Assembly: GCA_963702845.1 (NCBI GenBank)
Contig: OY969763.1
Coordinates: 3,648,001 to 3,712,000, forward strand
Direction: 5' to 3'
Length of the DNA: 64,000 nt
Source: an uncultured Verrucomicrobiae bacterium
Lineage (GTDB): Bacteria > Verrucomicrobiota > Verrucomicrobiia > Limisphaerales > Palsa-1400
Shown here: one piece after another, positions 1 through 10,003 of the stretch
Position numbering within the stretch: position 1 is the stretch's first letter
Layout of the letters: the number at the start of each line of letters is the position of its first letter
Notes under the pieces: model-generated
What the model saw: the letters and a program-made list of their open reading frames with translations, nothing else
What the model was told of the DNA's origin: nothing
The model's database searches: none
Translations under genes and position numbers: made by a program

Positions 1-1
1 C

Positions 2-499
2 GACCTCCTCAGATACACCCAACTCGACCGCACTGAAATTGCACTAACCAAAATTAATCTCGAGGAAGTCATTGACCGCGTGCTGCAAATACTCGCGCCA
101 GAAATCCATGACAAAAACGCTACAATTCAAATCGACCGCCCGCTTCCGGCCGTCACCGCCGATTTTGTCTTGCTCGAACAAATTTTCCTAAATCTTACTT
201 CCAATGCCTTAAAATTCAGCCATGACAACGTCCCTCCTCAAATCCGCATCTGGGGAGAACCGCGCAATCAAACCGTTCGACTTTCAATCCAAGACTACGG
301 CATCGGCATTCCTGCGGAATACGTGGAAGACGTTCGTCTGTTCGGCCCCTTCCAACGCCTGGAGGACCGCTCGAAATATCCCGGAACAGGCATGGGACTC
401 GCTATTGTGAAAAAAAGTGTCGAACGCATCGGGGGCAATATCGGCGTCGAATCTCAACCGAACCAGGGCAGCCGATTTTGGATCGAACTTCCAAATTAA
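2..499 (+). CDS. Sensor histidine kinase, C-terminal HATPase_c domain (5'-truncated by window)
   Basis: Open frame from base 2 (DLLRYTQLDR...). N box EQIFLNLTSNALKF, G1 DYGIGI, F box LFGPFQRL, G2 GTGMGLAIVK. Confidence 0.92.
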   Translation, partial: DLLRYTQLDRTEIALTKINLEEVIDRVLQILAPEIHDKNATIQIDRPLPAVTADFVLLEQIFLNLTSNALKFSHDNVPPQIRIWGEPRNQTVRLSIQDYGIGIPAEYVEDVRLFGPFQRLEDRSKYPGTGMGLAIVKKSVERIGGNIGVESQPNQGSRFWIELPN

Positions 500-569
500 A
501 CAGCCTGAACTTTTTTGAATTGAGGCACTTTCACTTTCACTTTCACCAGCGACTTGTTAGCCTGCTTGC

Positions 570-1658
570 ATGGATATTTTCTACAAAATTTTGAAAGCTG
601 CGGTTGACGGGGGGGCCTCTGACGTCCATCTGAAGCCAAACACTCCGATTATTTTCCGAATCAACCGTCGCCTCGTCTCCGTCGATGGTCCGATGCCCAC
701 TGTGGAATGGATGGAAAATGTGGTGCCGAATATTTTACCCAAACACCTCCACAAAAAATTCGAGACCGATCGCGAATGCGACTTCTCCTACTTCGCCCCT
801 GACATCGGCCGTTTCCGCACAAACGTCTTTTGCCAGCGCGGCCAACCCTGTCTCGCCATGCGTTTTGTGAAAACTCAGGTGCCGAGCTTTGACGATTTGG
901 GATTGTTGCCAATCTTGAAGAGAATTGCAGAAGTGCCGCGCGGTATTGTCCTGCTCGCCGGCACCACCGGCTCCGGCAAATCGACGACGCTTGCGGCAAT
1001 GATCGAACACATCAATAGCAACTCGCGCAAACACATCATTACGTTGGAAGATCCGATTGAGTACGTTTTCGAAGATAATCAATCCGTCATCGAACAGCGC
1101 GAAATCGGCCTCGACACGATGGCATTCGAAACAGGATTGAAACACGTGCTGCGCCAGGACCCCGATGTCATCATGGTCGGTGAAATGCGCGACTCGACCA
1201 GCTTCCAGGCGGCGATGAGCGCAGCCGACACCGGTCATCTCGTGCTCTCGACCGTTCACACCACGAACGCCGCACAATCGGTTGGTCGTATTCTCGACTT
1301 TTTCAAACCTGAAGAGCGCGACCAGATCCGTCGCCAGATCGCCGGCACGTTATACTCGGTCATCTGCCAGCGCATGGTGCCCTCGCTGGCCGGCAGCATG
1401 ATTCCCGCTCAGGAAATTCTTATCAACACAGCGACCGTCCGTAAACTGATCGAAGAAAACCGACTCGAAAAACTTCCGGCCGCGATTGAAACCGGCGGCG
1501 AAGACGGCATGTTGAATTTCAACCAAGCGCTGTTCCAATTGGTGAAGGATGGAAAAATTTCCGAGAAAGAAGCACTTGCGAAAGCGACAAACGCGCAAGC
1601 GCTGGAAATGAATTTCCAGGGCATTTTCCTCACAGAAGGAAAACGCATTCTTGGTTAA
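570..1658 (+). CDS. pilT: PilT/PilU-family type IV pilus ATPase
   Basis: ASDVHL, Walker A GTTGSGKST, HIITLEDPIEY, LRQDPDVIMVGEMRD, DTGHLVLSTVHT. Confidence 0.9.
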   Translation: MDIFYKILKAAVDGGASDVHLKPNTPIIFRINRRLVSVDGPMPTVEWMENVVPNILPKHLHKKFETDRECDFSYFAPDIGRFRTNVFCQRGQPCLAMRFVKTQVPSFDDLGLLPILKRIAEVPRGIVLLAGTTGSGKSTTLAAMIEHINSNSRKHIITLEDPIEYVFEDNQSVIEQREIGLDTMAFETGLKHVLRQDPDVIMVGEMRDSTSFQAAMSAADTGHLVLSTVHTTNAAQSVGRILDFFKPEERDQIRRQIAGTLYSVICQRMVPSLAGSMIPAQEILINTATVRKLIEENRLEKLPAAIETGGEDGMLNFNQALFQLVKDGKISEKEALAKATNAQALEMNFQGIFLTEGKRILG

Positions 1659-1762
1659 ACCGCTATCCCGCCTGCTCCGGCTCTTGTCAGACAAATACTG
1701 ACAAGAAGTCGGGGCGGCAGCCGACTTACACCTTTTAATGGCGTGCTACCGTAAGCACCGTC

Positions 1763-2038
1763 ATGTCCTCCAATAACATTGCGTTGAGTCCAGCCCGGCC
1801 CGCCGAAGTCGTTGTTTCCAACTTTGCGCTCCAGAGCAAATTCTTTTTGCAACAGGCGCACACGAACCGCTTCTTCCAAGGAATCGAACGTTGGACAAAT
1901 GAGCCCGATCGCGCACTGGTTTTCTACGATGTTCAGGAAGCGCTCTATATCTGCCGCTGGCTTGGTCTCAGCGACGTGCGGATTGTTAGCGATCTCGAAC
2001 ACGTCGATTGCGTTTCAGCTCTCGCGTGCGTCGCGTAA
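1763..2038 (+). CDS. Small hypothetical protein
   Basis: 91 aa ATG ORF filling the intergenic space; no recognised domain. Confidence 0.55.
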   Translation: MSSNNIALSPARPAEVVVSNFALQSKFFLQQAHTNRFFQGIERWTNEPDRALVFYDVQEALYICRWLGLSDVRIVSDLEHVDCVSALACVA

Positions 2039-2103
2039 TCACGCCGGATGCAATTGCTCCGCGCGGGCTTCTTCGACTCGTTGCAATCGTGTGCCGTATA
2101 CGC

Positions 2104-2511
2104 TCAAGCCGCCGCTGCTATTGCGCTTGAAGTCGCAAACTGCTGCTGCCGTCGCTCAGTAAACCTTTCCGGCCACTCGCCAGAATGAAAATGAATCAAG
2201 GTTTCGCCCAGTTCGCCGACAATTTCCAGGACTTTGCCTCCGTCAGATTTCCGACGTGCTATGATATGGATCGGTTCAACCACTTGCTGTTCAAGCCGCC
2301 GCTGACCGTCCTGCGTGGCGCGAATCGTCAGCACGTCATTGCACGCGTCGCTATGGTCAAGGGCCAGGCCTTCGAATGGGATTTCGCGCGCGACTTCGCG
2401 GTGCACGTTTTCAGGATCGACTGTCTCGATGGTGACAAGCGATCCTGCTAACATGCGCGAAAAATTCGCGCAAAACTTGTCCCATTCTGAGTCTCGTATT
2501 TCTTCTGTCAT
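2104..2511 (-). CDS. Hypothetical protein, DUF5335-like
   Basis: EW..F...FSR...G..VTIE pattern; directly downstream of the phosphoribosyltransferase gene. Confidence 0.6.
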   Translation of the reverse strand: MTEEIRDSEWDKFCANFSRMLAGSLVTIETVDPENVHREVAREIPFEGLALDHSDACNDVLTIRATQDGQRRLEQQVVEPIHIIARRKSDGGKVLEIVGELGETLIHFHSGEWPERFTERRQQQFATSSAIAAAA

Positions 2512-2525
2512 ACCTACTCCTTTCA

Positions 2526-3206
2526 TCAATGCGGCGAAGAAACCAAACCGAACTCTCGTTGCGCGCTACGGGCGCGCTCGAGCAGTTCAGCAACTTCTTC
2601 GTCTGTTGTTTGACTAAAATCTCTATACCATTGTCCGACTGAAGCAAAATCCTCCGGCAACGCCACTGCGACAATGTCGTCCACCTCGTACTTAAATTTG
2701 TTGAAAGTATCCCGCGCCGAAACAGGCACGGCCACAATGACGGCAGCTGGCGCGTGTGTTTTAACGCCATTCACTGCAGCGTGCATCGTCGCGCCTGTGG
2801 CTAAACCATCATCCACCAGAATAACTGTCTTGTGCGTGAGATTGAACGGTTGATGAGGATCTCGGTATTTGCTCTCGCGTCGCGCCAATTCCTGCTTCTC
2901 CCGCTGGATGACCGTTTCCAGCATTTGGGGTGGAACTCTCAGGGATTTCACGATGTCTTCGTTGATGAACGTTGTGTTACCTGAAGCGATTGCTCCCATC
3001 GCCAGCTCTTCATGTCCGGGCAAACCTAATTTGCGCACGATGAACAACTCCAGTGGCACTTGCAACGCCATCGCAATTTCAAACCCAACCGGAACGCCGC
3101 CTCGCGGGAGCGCAAGAATGACACCATCTTCGCGCCCGCGAAAACGTTTCAACTTTTCCGCCAACAACCGTCCCGCTTCAAAGCGGTCTCGGAATTGCAG
3201 CGTCAT
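2526..3206 (-). CDS. Phosphoribosyltransferase family protein
   Basis: FRDRFEAGRLLA, ALPRGGVPVG, PRPP-binding VILVDDGLATGAT, VGQWYRDF. Confidence 0.92.
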   Translation of the reverse strand: MTLQFRDRFEAGRLLAEKLKRFRGREDGVILALPRGGVPVGFEIAMALQVPLELFIVRKLGLPGHEELAMGAIASGNTTFINEDIVKSLRVPPQMLETVIQREKQELARRESKYRDPHQPFNLTHKTVILVDDGLATGATMHAAVNGVKTHAPAAVIVAVPVSARDTFNKFKYEVDDIVAVALPEDFASVGQWYRDFSQTTDEEVAELLERARSAQREFGLVSSPH

Positions 3207-3215
3207 AGCTCGGGT

Positions 3216-3602
3216 TTATTCTCCTCCGGCATTGGCTTTGGCCCCTTCCACCATCGTGTCGTGTTCGGCTTCTTCAAGCCCCTCATTGACGAGTTCCTCG
3301 TTCGTCGTTTGCTCGTCGTTGGGCTCGGTGCGATCAACTTCGTGCCCGCTGGTTCCTGGATCTTCATCCCACGTTGTCAGCGCATTCACTGCTTCAAATT
3401 CGTTGTCGTCGTTTTCGTTGCCTTCGATGCCAACCAGTTCGCGCTTGGCTTCGAGAAAATCATCGCGTGTGTAATGATTCGGTTCCCGTCCATTGATGAT
3501 GGAGATTTCGCGTGCGCGTTGAACCACCATTTCGCGAGTGACCGTGCCTAGCCCGCTGGCGTGGCACAATATTTTGCCGTGAGCTACTTCTGGTGCTTTC
3601 AT
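3216..3602 (-). CDS. Acidic hypothetical protein
   Basis: ORF co-oriented and tightly packed with neighbours; D/E-rich C-terminus. Confidence 0.7.
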   Translation of the reverse strand: MKAPEVAHGKILCHASGLGTVTREMVVQRAREISIINGREPNHYTRDDFLEAKRELVGIEGNENDDNEFEAVNALTTWDEDPGTSGHEVDRTEPNDEQTTNEELVNEGLEEAEHDTMVEGAKANAGGE

Positions 3603-3642
3603 ATTGCAACCTACGCACGAACCAGCCGGACGCAAATGACAA

Positions 3643-4746
3643 CTAACCTGCCTGAATCAGCTCCAACATCTGCCGGTCAAGCTTGTGTCCGCGCCAATTT
3701 TCATATGCAACATCTGCGCGTTCGCTGTCCAAAATTCCGAACGTACCGCGAAAATTCCACATCGACCATCCCCACCCTGCTTCCTTCCATAGGTCCAGCC
3801 AATCACGCATCCACGCCAACACCGCACCGTGCGGCGTGTATTTGAACGCGCCCCATTCTCCCACATGCACGCCACTGCCAGACCGCTCCAGCTCTTTCCA
3901 AGGCTGGATGTATTCGCGATGCAACCGTTCCTTGTCCCACATATCCCCGCTTTTAATCTGTAAGGGCCAGGCGGGTTCCGGCCACTTGTCTGAGCCGTGC
4001 ATCCAATTCGCTTTGTAATGACTGACCCGTGTCGGGCCATATCCACGCGTGCTCTGTGCGATGCCAAGCGAAACGAAACTGCGGACGGGCTTCGTCCCCC
4101 ACTTCAACCCGTCGGCAATAATTAACCGCCCCGAATCCTCGTGTCGGATCGCCTCGACCAACCGCTTCACAACACGTGCATAAATTTCTTCAGCAATATC
4201 GGAGGGCTCGTTCAAAAGATCAAAACTCAAACGAGAGTTGGGGATGCCTTTGTATCGTTTCGCAAAATGCGCCCAGTGGAATGCACTTGCGTCCAACGCC
4301 GCATCATCGCGCCATAAATCCAGCGGCTCTTTCGGCGGATTCACACAATAGCCCGGTGCTCGATGAAAGTTGATGTTCACATGAACGCCATATTGCCGTC
4401 CGAGCTCGACAGCCTGGTCAATGTGCTTCAACTCCGGTTCACGAATGCTCAGCCAATCGCGCGGATCGGTCCAACATAGATACGACAGCGGCAATCGAAC
4501 AAAATTGAAACCCCAACCAGCAATCCACTCGAAATCACTTTCGCGAAACGGCGGATTCCCTTCTCGCCGTTGCACATATTGTTCGGTCAAGTTGAATCCA
4601 CGCCAGCGCGGTAATTTCGACGCCTTTGCTGGAGGCAACTGGGGCGTCGCCCCAGCAGCGAGCGAACCGGTTGCATAACCCGCCCCAACGGTCGCGGTCA
4701 GCTTTACAAATTCACGTCTTGTCAGCGCCGCGTTCACGACGGGCAC
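3643..4746 (-). CDS. Tat-exported glycoside hydrolase family 5
   Basis: TRREFVK twin-arginine signal; GFNFVRLP, acid/base LLNEP, nucleophile VGEWG, GWSMWN. Confidence 0.9.
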   Translation of the reverse strand: MPVVNAALTRREFVKLTATVGAGYATGSLAAGATPQLPPAKASKLPRWRGFNLTEQYVQRREGNPPFRESDFEWIAGWGFNFVRLPLSYLCWTDPRDWLSIREPELKHIDQAVELGRQYGVHVNINFHRAPGYCVNPPKEPLDLWRDDAALDASAFHWAHFAKRYKGIPNSRLSFDLLNEPSDIAEEIYARVVKRLVEAIRHEDSGRLIIADGLKWGTKPVRSFVSLGIAQSTRGYGPTRVSHYKANWMHGSDKWPEPAWPLQIKSGDMWDKERLHREYIQPWKELERSGSGVHVGEWGAFKYTPHGAVLAWMRDWLDLWKEAGWGWSMWNFRGTFGILDSERADVAYENWRGHKLDRQMLELIQAG

Positions 4747-7700
4747 TTTATCGCTCGCGCTCCACCGTGAGAAGATTGTTTTCGCGCCAGATTCTGCAGC
4801 ACCATGCGGGCTTGCTGCGACACGGTCGCGTTGTGGAAAAAGTCCGCGAGCGGAATTTCCACCTGGAACCGGTCGACCACCCGCGCGGCAACCTGCATCG
4901 CGCTGAGCGAGTGCCCGCCAATCTCAAGGAAATCCCAATCCGCGCCAACCTTTTCCATCTGCAGCACGTCCGACCAAATTTTCGCGATCTCATTTTCGAA
5001 TGGAGTAGATGGCGCACTGTAAGCGCGCGCGGTCGCGGTTTGTGCGTCTGCAATCGGCGGCAACGCATTGCGGTCGACTTTGCCATTACTGGTGTGTGGA
5101 ATTGCATTCATAACAACGTAAGCGGACGGTAGCATGTGAGGGGGGAGCGACTCTTTCAAAAAACCGTGAAGCTGGTCGGAAGTGATCGGCCACGCCGTTT
5201 GGATGTAGGCAGCGAGACGTTGCTCGCCTCGCGCAGATTTCGCCAAAACAACGACGCATTCCTCAATGGCCGGATGGCGGCTCAATGCGCTTTGAATTTC
5301 AGAAAGTTCAATACGCATGCCGCGCATTTTCACTTGATCGTCACGCCGTCCGAGGAATTCAATATTGCCGTCGGGCAAATACCGTCCGAGATCGCCCGTT
5401 TTGTAAATTTTTCCACGTAAACCGAATTGTGCCGGACGGGCGACAAAGCTTTGCTTCGAAAGTTTATCGGCGTTCAGATAGCCATGCGCAACACCATTGC
5501 CACCGACGTAAATTTCTCCGGCGGTCCCGATCGGAACCGGTTGCAACTCCTCGTTCAGAACCAACATCTCAGTATTGGCAATCGGCCGTCCTATGGGAAT
5601 TTTCGCCGGAATGGCTTCATCACACTTGTAAACGCTGCACCAGACCGTTGCTTCAGTCGGCCCGTATTCGTTGAACAAATCAGCGCCCGGCACGCACTTT
5701 TGGTGCCTCACCACCAGATCGCGCGGACATTCCTCACCTGCGACAATTACCGTTTCCAAACTGTTTAACCGATCGGCATACGAAAGCAGCAGCGAATACA
5801 CTGACGGCAAACAAAGCAGATGCGACACGCGCGATGTTTCAATCAAACGCGCCAGCGCGGCTGGATCTTTGACCTCCAAATCATTCGGCACCACCAACTC
5901 GCCTGCCTGCGACAAGGTCCAGAAAATCCCGGCAACAGAGCTATCAAACCAGTGCGGACTCGCTAACAAAAATGAACGCACCGGCCGCGCGTAATAATCC
6001 AACCTCGCCAGTGTTGAGTGCAACAAATTGCCGTGTGTCACCTGCACACCTTTCGGCACACCGGTCGACCCTGACGTGAATAATACATAGGCAAGATCGT
6101 TTGCCGTCACTGATGGAAAAATGTTTGCAACGGACGTTTGTTGTCCAGCCGTCATCAACTCGTCGATCCGCAAGACTTTCACCGCGCCCAGTTCATAATT
6201 GAGCGCCCGAGTCGCTAACACGGTGCAAACATTCGCCTGCCCCAAAATCGATTCCACGCGCGCGCGCGGTTGGTTCGGGTCAATTGGCACATAAGCCGCC
6301 CCTGCTCGCAATACGCCCAAGATGCCGAGCAGCGCCTCGACAGAACGCTCCGCAATTATCGCAACGCATTTGCCTTTTGCGTTGGCACCGAGGGCAGTTG
6401 CGATGATTTCCACCGCGTGCGCCAACTCGCGATAACTGATTTGATGTCCGTTCGCTGTCAGCGCAACTCTGTTTGGAACGTTAGCGCACGCGTTGTTGAA
6501 ATACGCGAGAACCGACGTATCGGCAGCCGCGTTCGGCAGGTTCTTTCCGCGCGAAAGCTCCAATATTCTTCGCTGTTCCAACTGCGACATCGGGTTGAAC
6601 TTTTCGTAACGACTGGTCGGGTCTGTCGCAATCGCTTCCAATGTCGCCGCGTAATATCCCGCCAACGCCTCGATTTGTTCTTGTCCGATTTCCGCCGGTT
6701 GAAAGTCAAACCGCAGCGAAATCTCAAGCGTCGCCGGATCAACCTGGAAGAACGCAAAGAATGGAAAATTTGTTGATTCGAAAAACTTGTCCTCAACAAA
6801 GGTCACGGCCCGGTTCTGAAGCACTTTCTCGTAAACATGGAAATGCACCATATCGAAGGCCGTTTCGAACAGCGAAACACCGCCCATCCGTCGCTGCATC
6901 TCCGCAAGTGGATAACGTCGGTGCGGCATCATCTCGCCGATGTGTTGAAAAATATCGCGAGCCAAATCACGCCACGAACCTCCTGCCAGTTTGATTCGGA
7001 AAGGCACGGTATTGAGGAACAGTCCGAGAATTTTTTCACCATCTTCTTCCGAAGGTCTACCTTCCATCACGAAGCCAGTCGTGACGTCCGTCTGGCCGCA
7101 AACAAACGAAATCACTTTCAGGTGCGCCGCAAGTAGCAAACATTTCAAAGGCAACCCTTCCTCTGCCGCCATCGTTCGAAGTTTTTCGGAAACGCCGCAT
7201 GGCAGCGGCACGTTTTGAACGCGAACCTCGCCGATCGCCGCACCTTTGTCACTGCGTGTCCGCGGCAAATTCGTCGGCTGCAAATTTTCCAATCGCTTTA
7301 GCCAAAACTGACGCGAGTTCTCATCCTGAACAGTCGCTTGTTCCAACGCGATAAACCGTTTGTAACTAACCGTCGGAGCAGGCGGCACCGCACCGCCATT
7401 GAGCAGCGCCGAATAGCAATCGATCACTTCCGTAAGCATCGCCGCCAGACTCCAGCCATCGAGAATCGCATGGTGACTGCTGTAGCTAAGTTGAAAATGA
7501 TCCTTGCCGCGCAAATGAACTTTCCACCGCAACAACGGTGCACACGAAAAATCGAAAGGGACTCCCTTCTCCTGTTCGATCCAGTTTTGAATCGCAGCAT
7601 CCTGCTCCCCCGCATTGAGATGCTGGACGTCTTCAACACTGAACGGTATTCGAACGGTCTGGTGCACCAATTGCATCGGCTTCGAAAACCGCGACAATTC

Positions 7701-9805
7701 AAACGACGTCCGCAAAATCGAATAACGATCCCCCAGTTGTTGGATGGCACGATTGACTTTGGCGGCATCGAATTGGCCGCTGATTTTGTAACTGAAAATA
7801 TCGTGGTAAACTGCCGAGCCCGGATCGAGCTGGCCGTGATAAACCATTCCAATTTGCAACTGCGACATCGGGTATGCGTCCTCGACATCCACCGTCAACA
7901 ACTTCGTGTCGCTCTCGCTGATGAGTTGCGCCTCATCGTTGGACCGCGTCGATTCCTGTCGCACGTGCAGCAAGTCGACGATGTTTCCCGCCCTGAACAA
8001 ATCGGCTGCGGTGAAATGAACGCCGGCTTTGGCCGCGCGCGACACCACTTGGATGCTGCGAATCGAATCGCCTCCCAATTCAAAAAAGCTGTCGTGAATT
8101 CCAACTGGCTCCACGTTCAACACACCCTGCCAGATCTCGGCCAAAATCTTTTCCTTGGGATTTCGCGGCGCCACATACGGGTGCGTCAGATGCGGTCGGC
8201 ATCGATTTGGCGGCGGCAAAGCGTTTCGGTCCAGTTTCCCGTTCGTCGTCAAGGGAAACGATTTCAGCGCGACGAACTTTGCCGGAACCATGTAGGTTGG
8301 CAGCTTATCGGACAAAAAATTGCGCACGGCGGTAAAGTCAGCCACCGCGCTCCGCCAGATCACGTAGGCGACGAGCTGCTTGTCTTCGTCCGGCGTTTTC
8401 CTCAATAAAACCTTACAGTCGGCAACTTCTGGATGCTTGTTGATCGCGGCCTCGATGTCGCCGGTCTCAACGCGAAACCCGTGGATCTTCACCTGATCGT
8501 CGTTTCTGCCGAGATATTCCAATTCGCCGTTATCCAATACACGCGCGCAATCGCCCGATTTATACAAACGGCGACCCGGCAAAGGACAAATTGGATCGGG
8601 AATGAAACGTTCCGCGGTCAATTCAGCCCGATTTAAATACCCAATCGCTACCCCTGCTCCACCGACGTAAATTTCACCTTCACCGCCGCGTCCAACCGGC
8701 CGCATGTCCGAATCCAGAACATGCACCTGCAAATCCGGAATCGGCACACCAATCGGACTTCCCCGCCCGCGCTCGACGTCCGCTCGTGTGATTCTTCGGA
8801 ACGTCACATGCACTGTTGTCTCCGTGATGCCGTACATGTTGATCAACTGCGGTTGGCTGTCGCCATGTCGCTCGATCCACGGTCGCAAAGGCGCAAGATC
8901 CAAAGCTTCACCGCCAAAAACGACGCAACGTAAACTCAATTGCAGCTGTTCACGCGCGTTCTCTTCCGCTGAGATCAATTGTCGAAAAGCCGATGGCGTT
9001 TGATTCAACACCGTCACTTTTTCCGCGCTCAGCAAATGATAAAATGTTTCCGGCGTGCGACTGACCCAATACGGCACCACCACAACGCGACCACCATAAA
9101 AGAGCGCACCCCAAAGTTCCCAAACCGAGAAGTCGAAACCATAGGAATGAAACAACGTCCAGACATCATCCTTCGTGAACCGAAACCAGTGCTCGGTTGA
9201 AGTAAATAAACGTGCCACGTTGTAGTGCGACACCACCACCCCCTTCGGCTTGCCCGTCGACCCCGAAGTATAAATCACGTAAGCAGGCCAATTCGACAGA
9301 ACGGTGATATCCAGATTTTCCGTTTGCTCGCGTTCCAACGTCGGTTGCCAATCGTCGAGGTCGAAAACAACTTGTGGCGTTTCTTGGAGCTTCGCCGCGA
9401 CGCTGCGTTCCGTGATCACCAGCGCGACACCCGCGTCGTCCATGATGAACTTCAGCCGTTCCCACGGATAAGCCGGATCCATCGGCACATAAGCCGCGCC
9501 CGACTTCAGCACCGCCAGGATCGCGACCACAGTATTGAGTGAACGGTCCAGGAACAGCCCCACGCGCGAACCTGGTTTGACGCCCGAAGCGCGTAACAAA
9601 TGCGCCAGTTGATTACTGCGCGCGTTCAACTCCTCGTAACTGAGCGTGGTGCCGCCGCAACTCGCTGCAACACGTCCCGGTGACTTGCAGCTTGCCGCTC
9701 AAAAATTCGTGCAATTCCGCCAGCCTGCCATTCGCGTTGTCGCGAAGCGCTTCCCGATGGGTTGCAAACCGCTGGCGCGGGGGCCTCTTTCTCTAGGGTC
9801 GCCAT
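4734..9805 (-). CDS. Two-module NRPS (A-T-C-A-T), no TE; frameshift near 9680 separates the first ~40 codons
   Basis: A-domain cores YTSGSTGKPKG and FTSGSTGVPKG, YKSGD/YKTGD; T motifs GGDSI and GGHSL; C motif HHAILDG. Upstream frame MATLEK...IARIFERQAA joins PGRVAASCGGTTLSYEELNARSNQLAH after a 1-nt shift. Confidence 0.93.
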
Positions 9806-10003
9806 CCGCGGAATTATGAACCGCACCCGCTTCGTTAAAATCAGGGTTGTTCCGAAACGAATGCAGTTGCAAGCGACGAACAACCGTAGGTTAAAACCCG
9901 AGTCACGACCGAGATGTGATGCGAAAAATGCGCGCGGTCGCAGTCGCATTATATAAATGCGAGCAGCAATCGACGAAGAGCGAACCTATAAGGGCAAACT
10001 AAA

